Source: an uncultured virus (IMG/VR IMGVR_UViG_3300009155_005562)
Taxonomy: Duplodnaviria; Heunggongvirae; Uroviricota; Caudoviricetes
Length of the DNA stretch: 58,318 bases
IMG/VR virus record: IMGVR_UViG_3300009155_005562
Strand: one strand, 5' to 3'
The notes below the pieces were generated by a model. The model did no database searches and was not told the origin of the DNA. It saw only the letters and a program-made list of their open reading frames with translations. A program made the position numbers and the translations under genes. Each line of letters starts with the position of its first letter. Position 1 is the first letter of the stretch. This document shows positions 1 to 9,554 of the stretch, piece after piece.

Positions 1-246
1 CGGGCTATCTACTTCTTCGTAGAAACCTTCAAAGAGATGTCTTACTAAATTTTTTCTTCTATTAATAGGCACCTCTGACTTCATGCCAGGTGAATCCTGG
101 CTGTGCTCTATTACTCCTTTAACTAAATTAGCTAACGAATCAGTAATAGATGAATGGAATCTAGGATTCTGTTTTAAGATAGATGTTAGTAGAGTTGACC
201 CTGCGCGAGGAAGGCCGGTAATAAAATGATATGTTTTTTCAGTCAT
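1..246 (-). CDS. Sulfotransferase-family protein (partial, runs off the window start)
   Basis: Not in the ORF track. Translated by hand from ATG at 246: MTEKTYHFITGLPRAGSTLLTSILKQNPRFHS... GLPRxGSTLL is the PAPS-binding loop of sulfotransferases. The start overlaps the stop of the upstream gene. Confidence 0.8.
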   Translation of the reverse strand, partial: MTEKTYHFITGLPRAGSTLLTSILKQNPRFHSSITDSLANLVKGVIEHSQDSPGMKSEVPINRRKNLVRHLFEGFYEEVDSP

Positions 247-1597
247 GTTTACTCATCAATTTAAAAAGTTCTTGCTGTATATTATACAGCGGTTCATTCC
301 AACATGCAACTTTTGTTTGCTTATGCACTTGAAAATTATCACCATACCACGGCGATTTAGTAGTTTTACTTGAAGTAGTCCAGATATAATACTCAGCAAT
401 TGGAACTGCCACAAAAGTAGTCTTGCCGATAGCACCAGCTGCATGTACTAGACTAGTACACGAGCTTACAATACAATCCATTTGGCTAATAAAATCTAGG
501 GTATCTTCCCAAGAATTAATTTTGCCGGATAGGTCTATAACATTATCGTAATTAACTGGTTCTTTATCAATATAATAAATTTCAGCATTGCTTGGTAAGT
601 ACTCAAGCATTTTTTTAATAGGTATTTTTCTATATTCGTCTTGGCTAAAATATGGATTACCGCTGCATTTAATGCCTATTTTAAATTTACTACTCTTAAG
701 CTTATTTTTAGGCTTATTTAAAGGTTTTAAGTAGGGACCTTCCCATAAACTATTCTCATCAAGATTTAGATAAGCAGGCAGACTCATCATTGGAGCCCAG
801 AGTTGCTTTCTATCAATAGAGTATGATTCGGTTATTACTTCAAATCCATTTCTTCTAAAAAAATTAACCGTATCTTCACGATACTTTGACCAGGAAGAAA
901 ATAGTATAGGTCTCATTCCTAATTTTTTAATATTATTAAAAAATCTAATATTAATTATTTCGTCACCGATGCCACCTTCTCCTTCTACGTATATTGTTTT
1001 ACCTGGATAAGCAGATCCAGTCCAGCGACGCATTTTTAAGTTAGTTTCAAATTTGCCACTTGTAGGCTTAAACGTACCTAGAAAAGAAAGAATACCTTCA
1101 GCAGTCTTCCCCTCGCGAAGAAGTTTTCCAGATAAAGCACTGCGCATATCTTCAGCTCGGTCCGGATACTTATTAATAAGCTCTAGAAGTATTTTTTCTG
1201 AAGTAATTTTGTCGCCTTTGAGGGCAACATTAAATGCCATCTGGGTTTGTGTTTCAAAGTCGTCAGGTGTTGCTTTAAGATTTAAATCAACATAAAACAA
1301 TGCCTTGTCTGGCATGTTCATAGCATTGTATGCCTTATACAGATTGGCTCTTGCAATATAAAGCTGCTCTGGTGATTCTGCTCTTATATAAGCCGCTTCA
1401 GCGCATTTAAGATAAAGATCTCGATATTCTGCCTTTAATGAAAGGTACCCTAGAGTATCAAAGTCTTGAAGCGATTCTGCTCGCTTAAAATACATATCAA
1501 GCATTTCAAATACAATTTTTCTCTTCTCCTGATAAAGAAGATCCATAACAACAGGTTTTAAGTCTTGTATTGTAAACTCAATTACTTCTTCAGCCAT
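239..1597 (-). CDS. TPR-repeat protein with C-terminal GT9 (heptosyltransferase)-like glycosyltransferase domain
   Basis: Helical TPR-like N-half. Motifs EGGIGDEI, PMMSLP, KIGI, SWEDTLDFISQMDCIVSSCTSLVHAAGAIGK and SPWY are typical of TPR-GT9 proteins. Confidence 0.75.
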   Translation of the reverse strand: MAEEVIEFTIQDLKPVVMDLLYQEKRKIVFEMLDMYFKRAESLQDFDTLGYLSLKAEYRDLYLKCAEAAYIRAESPEQLYIARANLYKAYNAMNMPDKALFYVDLNLKATPDDFETQTQMAFNVALKGDKITSEKILLELINKYPDRAEDMRSALSGKLLREGKTAEGILSFLGTFKPTSGKFETNLKMRRWTGSAYPGKTIYVEGEGGIGDEIINIRFFNNIKKLGMRPILFSSWSKYREDTVNFFRRNGFEVITESYSIDRKQLWAPMMSLPAYLNLDENSLWEGPYLKPLNKPKNKLKSSKFKIGIKCSGNPYFSQDEYRKIPIKKMLEYLPSNAEIYYIDKEPVNYDNVIDLSGKINSWEDTLDFISQMDCIVSSCTSLVHAAGAIGKTTFVAVPIAEYYIWTTSSKTTKSPWYGDNFQVHKQTKVACWNEPLYNIQQELFKLMSKHD

Positions 1598-2138
1598 CCT
1601 TCACCACCACTAACTTTACCCATAGTTCTTCTATAATATTATTGTGCTCTCTGAGATATTTTTCCACCTTATCTCTTGGCTCACCTTCGAACTCCTTGCG
1701 GTAAAGTTGCGATGGCATGTAATCCCAATCAACTATCTCAAAGTCAACATTAAAGTAATCCCCTAGACGGCTAGAAGCTGCTTGTTGTTCTTTGCACAGT
1801 TTATTGTGCTTTTTACTGAATAGCAGAAGCCCACCCACAGTAATAGGTCTTCTATGAGTAGGATCATCGTAGAAATAATCGTGCCTGTGATGTGGCACTC
1901 TTATATCAATTAATGCTCCGTGTTTGCAAATTCTATAGAGCTCTTTCAAGCAGTGAAAGTACCCTTCACCTAAATGCTCGAACACATGATGTGCTACTAC
2001 TACTTCAACAGAATTATCCTCAAAAGGAAACTTATCTGTTTCTAAATTAAAAAGATAATCTGGCTCTGCTAATGCATCGTAATCACAAGTAACAAAACCT
2101 TCAATTTTAGTACCACCTGAACCAATATTAATTTTCAT
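1590..2138 (-). CDS. SAM-dependent methyltransferase (type 11-like)
   Basis: KINIGSGG, FPFEDNSV, HVFEHL, ELYRICKHGA and DPTH motifs. Confidence 0.8.
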   Translation of the reverse strand: MKINIGSGGTKIEGFVTCDYDALAEPDYLFNLETDKFPFEDNSVEVVVAHHVFEHLGEGYFHCLKELYRICKHGALIDIRVPHHRHDYFYDDPTHRRPITVGGLLLFSKKHNKLCKEQQAASSRLGDYFNVDFEIVDWDYMPSQLYRKEFEGEPRDKVEKYLREHNNIIEELWVKLVVVKDG

Positions 2139-2158
2139 AACAATCTTTTACAGTTATA

Positions 2159-3487
2159 TTACGTTAAAGTACGTATCCCTAGCCCATGAAAATCGCCAGC
2201 ACTAATACTGCGCCACGATGTAGTCCCGCTTATAATAGATACTGGCGAGCACTTATTTACGGTTGTACCATCACCTAGTTGACCAGAATTATTACACCCC
2301 CAAGACCAAGCTGTTCCGTTTGTCCTGAGACCTAAACCCCAGTGCTCCAGACCTGTACTAACTTGACACCAATCAGTAAAACCACCAACGACTGATACTG
2401 GCGAGCACTTATTTACGGTTGTACCATCACCTAGTTGACCAGAATTATTACACCCCCATGCCCATGCAGTGCCATTTATACGGAGTCCCAAACTAACTCT
2501 GCTTGCACTGACCTGGCACCAGTCGGTGAAGCCACCTATGACAGATACTGGAGATGATTTGTTTAATGTTGTACCGTCACCTAATCCTCCGCTGTTATAT
2601 CCCCACGCCCAGGCTGTGCCGTTGGTTCTAACACCTAAGCTGCGAGCTCGGCCTGCGCTAACCTGACACCAATCTGTAAATCCACCTATGACTGATACTG
2701 GTGATGATTTAGATACGGCTGTACCATCACCTAACTGGCCGGAGGAATTTAAACCCCACGCCCATGCTGTCCCATTGGTTCTAACACCTAGGCTGTGAGA
2801 ATACCCAGCACTGACCTGGCACCAATTAGTGAAACCTCCAACAACTGACACTGGTGATGATTTATCTACTCTTGTTCCGTCACCTAGATAGCCCCAAAAG
2901 TTACATCCCCAAGCCCATGCAGTACCATTAGTTCTAACTCCAAGGCTATGACCGCAACCCGAGTCAACCTGGCACCAATCAGTAAACCCACCTATGACTG
3001 ATACTGGTGATGATTTATCTACGGTTGTTCCGTCACCTAGTTGGCCACAATTATTTAATCCCCACGCCCAGGCTGTACCGTTGGATCTAATACCTGAGCT
3101 TTGACAACCTCCAGCACTAACCTGACACCAGTCTAAAAAACCATTGACGACAGATACAGGTGATGATTTAGTTACTGATGTACCGTCGCCCAATTGACCG
3201 AACGCGTTTTGTCCCCAAGCATATGTATAATCATAGTCCCTTCTTAATACTCTGTTATCTAGACCGGTCCAACACCCTAATTGCGCAATAACTGGTACAC
3301 CTATACTGTTAACGAAGAATACTGTTCCTGGTATTATAGTATTACTAGATAAATCAGGCAAGCTATTTACGTTTGCAACAGTTACTGATCTGTTTGTTGT
3401 GTTTGTGTATACAGATGCAGCTAGTGTTAATAAACAAGCTGTAGAGCATGCATTAGTAAAATTATTTACGTCGTCTTGTAGAGCCAT
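2159..3487 (-). CDS. RCC1-repeat 7-bladed beta-propeller protein (paralog 6)
   Basis: Seven repeats of HSLGVRTNGTAWAWG-xxxx-GQLGDGT-xx-KSSPVSV. Confidence 0.9.
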   Translation of the reverse strand: MALQDDVNNFTNACSTACLLTLAASVYTNTTNRSVTVANVNSLPDLSSNTIIPGTVFFVNSIGVPVIAQLGCWTGLDNRVLRRDYDYTYAWGQNAFGQLGDGTSVTKSSPVSVVNGFLDWCQVSAGGCQSSGIRSNGTAWAWGLNNCGQLGDGTTVDKSSPVSVIGGFTDWCQVDSGCGHSLGVRTNGTAWAWGCNFWGYLGDGTRVDKSSPVSVVGGFTNWCQVSAGYSHSLGVRTNGTAWAWGLNSSGQLGDGTAVSKSSPVSVIGGFTDWCQVSAGRARSLGVRTNGTAWAWGYNSGGLGDGTTLNKSSPVSVIGGFTDWCQVSASRVSLGLRINGTAWAWGCNNSGQLGDGTTVNKCSPVSVVGGFTDWCQVSTGLEHWGLGLRTNGTAWSWGCNNSGQLGDGTTVNKCSPVSIISGTTSWRSISAGDFHGLGIRTLT

Positions 3488-4831
3488 TTAGCAACCTTTA
3501 ATAGATCCTGTAATACCTATAGTATCACAGCCTGAAGCGCAAACGAGAATCCAACTGGTAAAGCCCCCTATTATTGATACTGGTGATGGTTTTTTATCTG
3601 TTGTACCATCTCCTAATCGTCCGCAAGTATTTAATCCCCACGCCCATGCTGTACCATTGGTTCTAACACCTGCACTGTGAAAGTACCCGGCACTGACCTG
3701 ACACCAATCTGTAAAACCGCCTACAACTGATACTGGTGACGACCTGCTAGTATAACCACCTTCACCTAATTGTCCCTGATTGTTACGCCCCCAAGCCCAT
3801 GCAGTGCCATTGGTTCTAATACCTAAGCTATGGCCCTGGCCTGCACTAACTTGACACCAATCTGTAAAACCACCAATAACTGAAACAGGAGATGATTTAG
3901 CAACGGCTGTTCCGTCACCTAATTGACTAAAATAATTACATCCCCAGGCCCATGCTGTACCGTTAGTTCTGACACCTAGGCTGTGACCGCCGCTAGCGCT
4001 GCCGCTAACCTGACACCAATTAGTGAAACCTCCTACTACTGATACTGGTGATGATTTGTTTACAGTAGTACCGTCACCTAAACGGCCGTAACTGTTATAT
4101 CCCCAGGCCCAAGCAGTACCATTGGCTCTAACACCTAAGCTATGATTCGTACCTGCACTAACTTGACACCAATCAGTAAAACCACCAACGACTGATACGG
4201 GGGATGATTTGCTTACAGTTGTACCGTCACCTAAACGGCCGTAAATGTTTTGTCCCCAGGCCCACAATGTACCATTATTTCTAATAGCGATAGTATGAAA
4301 AGTCGTACTAACCTTGCACCACAGCAAACCTCCAACAACTGGTACTGGTGATGATTTAGTGACAGTAGTGCCGTCACCTAGTCGCCCGCTGTATCCTGTT
4401 CCCCACGCCCATGCTGTACCGTTAAATCTAAGACCCGTAGATGTTGTTGAGCCTGCACTTACTAAACACCAATCAGTAATCCCGCCAATAGCCGATACTG
4501 GCGATGATGTTGGTGTTGTAGTATTATCCCCTAGAATGCCTTGTGAGTCTTGCCCGGCGCCCCAGATACCTCCTCTTACCTCGCATCTTGATGAAAAATT
4601 ACAATTCCAGGCACCGTCTACAGCATGATAATATCTATTATCATTAGTCACAAAAATCATTCTACCATTATAGCAAGTGGCAGAAGGTAAAGATGCAAAG
4701 TTTGCCACGCTGCAAACTGGATTACTTAGTATAGTGAGCGCATTGGTGGTCTGACATGTCTGAAGTGCTGTTAGACCGCCTGCGTTGATAGCGCAACAAA
4801 TTTTGTCTATAAGATTTTGAGAGGTAATCAT
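3488..4831 (-). CDS. RCC1-repeat 7-bladed beta-propeller protein (paralog 5)
   Basis: Seven RCC1/BLIP-II repeats and an N-terminal ASLPSA...GRMIFV...W module. Confidence 0.9.
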   Translation of the reverse strand: MITSQNLIDKICCAINAGGLTALQTCQTTNALTILSNPVCSVANFASLPSATCYNGRMIFVTNDNRYYHAVDGAWNCNFSSRCEVRGGIWGAGQDSQGILGDNTTTPTSSPVSAIGGITDWCLVSAGSTTSTGLRFNGTAWAWGTGYSGRLGDGTTVTKSSPVPVVGGLLWCKVSTTFHTIAIRNNGTLWAWGQNIYGRLGDGTTVSKSSPVSVVGGFTDWCQVSAGTNHSLGVRANGTAWAWGYNSYGRLGDGTTVNKSSPVSVVGGFTNWCQVSGSASGGHSLGVRTNGTAWAWGCNYFSQLGDGTAVAKSSPVSVIGGFTDWCQVSAGQGHSLGIRTNGTAWAWGRNNQGQLGEGGYTSRSSPVSVVGGFTDWCQVSAGYFHSAGVRTNGTAWAWGLNTCGRLGDGTTDKKPSPVSIIGGFTSWILVCASGCDTIGITGSIKGC

Positions 4832-6192
4832 TAATATTTTAATCCTAGGCTGTGATATTGACCTGTACTAACCCGGTACCAATCAGTAAAACCGCCTGGT
4901 ACTGATACTGGTGATGATTTGTTTACGGTTGTTCCGTCGCCTAAACGGCCGAAGGCGCCACAGCCCCACGCCCATGCTGTACCATTAGTTCTAACACCTA
5001 GGCTGTGTTCAAAACCCGCGCTAACTTGACACCAATCTGTAAACCCACCTACAACTGACACTGGTGATGATTTATTTACGGCTGTACCATCCCCTAATTG
5101 ACCAGCAGCATTACATCCCCACGCCCATGCTGTACCGTTAGTTCTAACACCTAAGCTGTGATAGCTACCAGCACTAACCTGACACCAATCTGTAAACCCG
5201 CCTATGACCGATACTGGTGATGATTTATCCACGGTTGTTCCGTCGCCTAATTTACCATTACTGCCTGATCCCCACACCCATGCTGTACCATTGGTTCTAA
5301 CACCTAGGCTGAATCTAAGACCTGCACTAACCTGACACCAATCAGTAAACCCACCTACAACTGACACTGGTGATGATTTAGATACGGTTGTACCGTCACC
5401 TAAACGGCCTTCACTGCTACTTCCCCATGCCCATGCTGTACCGTTAGTTCTGACACCTAGGCTATGGCTCAGCGGTGATGCACTAACCTGACACCAATCT
5501 GTAAATCCGCCAACAACTGATACTGGTGATGATTTAGATACGGTTGTTCCATCTCCTAGTTGACCGGAAAGGCTCGTCCCCCACGCCCATGCTGTACCGT
5601 TAGTTCTGACACCTAGGCTGTGACAGCAGCCAGCACTAACTTGAAACCAATCTGTAAACCCACCTACAACTGACACTGGTGATGATTTATTTACTGTTGT
5701 TCCGTCGCCTAAACGGCCGATGTCGCCACAGCCCCATGCCCATGCAGTACCGTTAGTTCTAACACCTAAGCTATGATCACTTCCTGCACTAACCTGACAC
5801 CAATCTGAAAAACCACCAACAACTGAAACAGGAGATGATTTAGCAACGGTTGTTCCGTCACCTAGTTTCCCACCACTGCTTGATCCCCAGCTATATGTAT
5901 TACCATAGTTATAGTCATCTCTTATTAGACGTCCATCTAATGATATCCATTTTGTATTAGAACTAATAGCAAAAATACCAGTATCATTAATAAAAGTAAG
6001 GACTGAATCTGGAGAATTATAGAGTCCTAGATCAGGCAAGGACGCACTAGTTGAAACTACTGATATACTTTGAGTGTCAACAGCCTTTGCAGATAAAATT
6101 AGACCAAGTACTTCACTAGGCACAGTAGTGTTAGTAGTATTGCCTAGTGCTGCTGTAAGCTTGCTTTGAAGTGTTGTTTTATCTACTGGCAT
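4831..6192 (-). CDS. RCC1-repeat 7-bladed beta-propeller protein (paralog 4)
   Basis: Seven RCC1 repeats. Confidence 0.9.
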   Translation of the reverse strand: MPVDKTTLQSKLTAALGNTTNTTVPSEVLGLILSAKAVDTQSISVVSTSASLPDLGLYNSPDSVLTFINDTGIFAISSNTKWISLDGRLIRDDYNYGNTYSWGSSSGGKLGDGTTVAKSSPVSVVGGFSDWCQVSAGSDHSLGVRTNGTAWAWGCGDIGRLGDGTTVNKSSPVSVVGGFTDWFQVSAGCCHSLGVRTNGTAWAWGTSLSGQLGDGTTVSKSSPVSVVGGFTDWCQVSASPLSHSLGVRTNGTAWAWGSSSEGRLGDGTTVSKSSPVSVVGGFTDWCQVSAGLRFSLGVRTNGTAWVWGSGSNGKLGDGTTVDKSSPVSVIGGFTDWCQVSAGSYHSLGVRTNGTAWAWGCNAAGQLGDGTAVNKSSPVSVVGGFTDWCQVSAGFEHSLGVRTNGTAWAWGCGAFGRLGDGTTVNKSSPVSVPGGFTDWYRVSTGQYHSLGLKY

Positions 6193-6210
6193 TTTATTAT
6201 TCTACTATTC

Positions 6211-6840
6211 CTATGATTGCTCAATTATTTCTAAAGCCTGAAGTTCTTGCTTAGTATTAGCGGCATCAATTTGATCATTGATGTTTTTTTCCCAGTCAAA
6301 AGTAGATTGCACATGTGCTGATACTGCTGCTACTACTGATGACATGTCGCTTTTTGTAAGACTTAACCAGCCTTCAGTAAACTTCCAATTCACTGTATCA
6401 CCATTGCTCATTACTGATAGTTGATGTGAATAAATAGCGCGACCGCCGCGTGTTGTATCTAATGTAACTTCCTTGCTACCTATATTTAGTTTAACGCCAG
6501 CTACTTCTTTTTTCCAGCGCTCAGCAGCGGCTAAGTTAATGTAATTAATTTTAGCCGCATCTACTGGTGAATCCATCACTTCATAGTTAGCGATCGTTAC
6601 ATCCCCAGATACGTTCCAGAGAGGTCCGTAATAGTACTCGACCATAGGGTCGATTTCTGGTCTAACTTCCTCTACTAAGGTAATCTTTGCATCATTATTA
6701 ATTATAAGAGGGAGTTGTTCTGGGGGAAGTTTTGAAAGCTGAATATCTACCCCTTCCTTTTCTAGTGAGCCTTTAAAAATCCCACTATTCCAGTCCATAG
6801 GCCCTACTATTACTCTATTTTTATAAACTACTGCATACAT
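6211..6840 (-). CDS. DUF4376-like protein (tail-fibre-associated/assembly)
   Basis: C-terminal 'AERWKKEVAGV...VNWK...SAHVQSTFDWE...IDAA' pattern resembles DUF4376. It lies in the middle of the RCC1 array. Confidence 0.6.
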   Translation of the reverse strand: MYAVVYKNRVIVGPMDWNSGIFKGSLEKEGVDIQLSKLPPEQLPLIINNDAKITLVEEVRPEIDPMVEYYYGPLWNVSGDVTIANYEVMDSPVDAAKINYINLAAAERWKKEVAGVKLNIGSKEVTLDTTRGGRAIYSHQLSVMSNGDTVNWKFTEGWLSLTKSDMSSVVAAVSAHVQSTFDWEKNINDQIDAANTKQELQALEIIEQS

Positions 6841-6852
6841 TTTTATTTCTCC

Positions 6853-6860
6853 TATTTATT
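6853..6860 (-). promoter_or_regulatory. Late-promoter-like AATAAATA
   Basis: Immediately before the GGAG ribosome-binding site of the DUF4376-like gene. Confidence 0.4.
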
Positions 6861-8205
6861 AGAAGCTTGATCCTCTAATAGCTGAAACACCGCAGCCAGA
6901 ACCGGTGCTGACTTGACACCAATCTGTAACCCCGCCTATGACCGATACTGGTGATGATTTGCATACAGTTGTTCCATCTCCTAGTTGACCAGCATTATTA
7001 AATCCCCAGGACCACAATGTACCATTGGTTCTAACACCTAGGCTGTGATTACCCCCAGCACTAACTTGGCACCAATTAGTAAACCCACCTACTATTGATA
7101 CGGGGGATGATTTATCTACGGTTGTACCGTCTCCTAGTTGACCATTTTTATTAGTCCCCCATGACCATGCTGTCCCATTAATTCTAACACCTAAGCTATG
7201 ATCATTTCCTGCACTAACCTGGCACCAATCAGTAAAACCACCAACAACTGAAACTGGAGATGATTTATTTACGGTTGTACCATCACCTAATTTGCCGCTA
7301 GAGTTACTCCCCCACACCCATAATGTACCATTGGTTCTAACACCTAGGCTGTGATAACCTCCTGCACTAGCACTAATCTGGCACCAATCTGTAAACCCGC
7401 CTATGACCGATACTGGTGATGATTTAGCTACTGTAGTACCGTCACCTAAACGACCACAACAATTACTTCCCCAGGCCCATGCTGTACCGTTGGTTCTAAC
7501 ACCTAAGCTATGGGTAGATCCTGCAGCACTAACTTGACACCAATCTGTAAACCCACCTATGACTGATACTGGTGAAGCGCAGGCAGGTGTACCAACAGTT
7601 CCGGTACCTAATTGACCTTGGGCGTTTGACCCCCATGCCCATGCTGTACCATTGGTTCTAACACCTAGGCTGTGATTACCCCCAGCACTAACCTGGCACC
7701 AATCTGTAAATCCGCCTATGACAGAAACGGGAGATGATTTACATGTTACAATTGTGCTTCCATCACCTAATACATTACACCCGAAACCCCATGCCCATAC
7801 AGTCCCATTAGTACGTAACCCCAAGCTATGGAAACATCCTGCACTAATCTGGCGCCAATCTGTAAACCCGCCTATGACAGAAACGGGAGATGATTTAGAT
7901 ACTGTTGTCCCGTCACCTAAAAGACCACAACAAGCACTTCCCCAGCTGTATGTTATTCCTTTAGTTAACGAAACTATGCTTTGCCAATCAGTACCAGTGC
8001 TCGAATATAATCTCTGGTCTGCTGTAACAAATACCAATAAACCTTTATTAGTCGATGCAGAAGGTAAGCTTGAATAAGTGCTAACTTTACGTATCTGTCC
8101 CATTCCAAGCGCTTGAACGGCTTTAGCTAAGAACAAATAGTCCAAAGTAGTAGTAGCATTATCAATCGATTCTTGTAGAAGTATTTGAAATTGAGCTATG
8201 TTCAT
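6859..8205 (-). CDS. RCC1-repeat 7-bladed beta-propeller protein (paralog 3)
   Basis: Seven RCC1 repeats. Confidence 0.9.
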   Translation of the reverse strand: MNIAQFQILLQESIDNATTTLDYLFLAKAVQALGMGQIRKVSTYSSLPSASTNKGLLVFVTADQRLYSSTGTDWQSIVSLTKGITYSWGSACCGLLGDGTTVSKSSPVSVIGGFTDWRQISAGCFHSLGLRTNGTVWAWGFGCNVLGDGSTIVTCKSSPVSVIGGFTDWCQVSAGGNHSLGVRTNGTAWAWGSNAQGQLGTGTVGTPACASPVSVIGGFTDWCQVSAAGSTHSLGVRTNGTAWAWGSNCCGRLGDGTTVAKSSPVSVIGGFTDWCQISASAGGYHSLGVRTNGTLWVWGSNSSGKLGDGTTVNKSSPVSVVGGFTDWCQVSAGNDHSLGVRINGTAWSWGTNKNGQLGDGTTVDKSSPVSIVGGFTNWCQVSAGGNHSLGVRTNGTLWSWGFNNAGQLGDGTTVCKSSPVSVIGGVTDWCQVSTGSGCGVSAIRGSSF

Positions 8206-9554
8206 GTTGATGGTCTTCTTATAGCTAGAAAATTACATTGACCTGCGCTAACTTGCCACCAATCTGTAAAGCCGCCTAGGACTGATACTGGTGATGATCT
8301 ACAAACGGATGTACCGTCACCTAAAGTTCCAATGAATCCTGTAAAACCACTACCATTACATCCCCATGTCCAGACTGTCCCATTAGTTCTAATGCCGGCA
8401 CTTTCGACTTGGCCCGCATCTGCCAGACACCAATCTGTAAAGCCGCCTACGACCGATACTGGTGATGATTTGTTTACAATAGTACCGTCACCTAGTCGCC
8501 CGCTGGATCCAATACCCCAAGCCCATGCAGTGCCATTGGTTCTAACACCTAGGCTGTGAATGTACCCAGCACTGACCTGGCACCAATTAGTGAAACCTCC
8601 AACAACTGATACTGGTGATGATTTGTTTACAGTTGTTCCGTCGCCTAGTGCACCTGTAGCACCTACTATTAATCTACAATTACTTCCCCATGCCCAGGCT
8701 GTTCCATTGGTTCTAACACCTAAGCTATGGCCATGGCCTGCACTAACCTGGCACCAATCTGTAAACCCGCCAATGACTGATACCGGTGATGATTTAGATA
8801 CGGTTGTACCGTCACCTAGTTGGCCGTAACTGTTACATCCCCAGGACCACAATGTACCATTGGTTCTAATACCTAAGCTATGGCCCTGGCCTGCACTAAC
8901 TTGACACCAATTAGTGAAACCTCCTACTACTGATACTGGTGATGATTTATCAACCGTTGTACCGTCACCTAAAAGACCACTACTAGCACGTCCCCATGCC
9001 CAGGCTGTTCCATTGGTTCTAACACCTAAGCTGTGTCTGTTACCTGCACTAACCTGACACCAATCAGTAAAACCACCAACGACTGATACTGGCGAGCACT
9101 TATTTACGATTGTACCGTCACCTAAACGGCCATAACTGTTACATCCCCAGGCCCAAGCAGTACCATTGGTTCTAACACCTAAGGTTTGATAGCACCCAGC
9201 ACTAACTTGACACCAATCTATAAACCCGCCAACTACTAATACTGGTGATGATTTGTTGTTGACTGTACCATCACCTAGTTGACCACAATTATTAAACCCC
9301 CATGCCCATGATTGATCTAACGTAGATCTTGCGATCCTTGCCCAGCTAGAACCATTAGACCAATATAGACCGTCGTAATATACGTAGTAAAGCTGACCTT
9401 GATTAGCTGATGCAGATGGTAGACTAGCATAGGTAGAAACGGATTCAACTCTGCCTAATTGCAGTAATATGATAGCCTTAGAAATCATTTGCTGATCTAT
9501 AGTGCAACTTGATAGCTTAGATTTGAGCTGGAGGATAAGGTTAGATACGTTCAT
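8202..9554 (-). CDS. RCC1-repeat 7-bladed beta-propeller protein (paralog 2)
   Basis: Seven RCC1 repeats. ATGA overlaps with neighbours. Confidence 0.9.
   Translation of the reverse strand: MNVSNLILQLKSKLSSCTIDQQMISKAIILLQLGRVESVSTYASLPSASANQGQLYYVYYDGLYWSNGSSWARIARSTLDQSWAWGFNNCGQLGDGTVNNKSSPVLVVGGFIDWCQVSAGCYQTLGVRTNGTAWAWGCNSYGRLGDGTIVNKCSPVSVVGGFTDWCQVSAGNRHSLGVRTNGTAWAWGRASSGLLGDGTTVDKSSPVSVVGGFTNWCQVSAGQGHSLGIRTNGTLWSWGCNSYGQLGDGTTVSKSSPVSVIGGFTDWCQVSAGHGHSLGVRTNGTAWAWGSNCRLIVGATGALGDGTTVNKSSPVSVVGGFTNWCQVSAGYIHSLGVRTNGTAWAWGIGSSGRLGDGTIVNKSSPVSVVGGFTDWCLADAGQVESAGIRTNGTVWTWGCNGSGFTGFIGTLGDGTSVCRSSPVSVLGGFTDWWQVSAGQCNFLAIRRPST

Noticed and set aside
2469..8829. Several + strand 'PPTTDTGDDL' ORFs
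   Set aside because: Antisense shadows of the RCC1 repeats.
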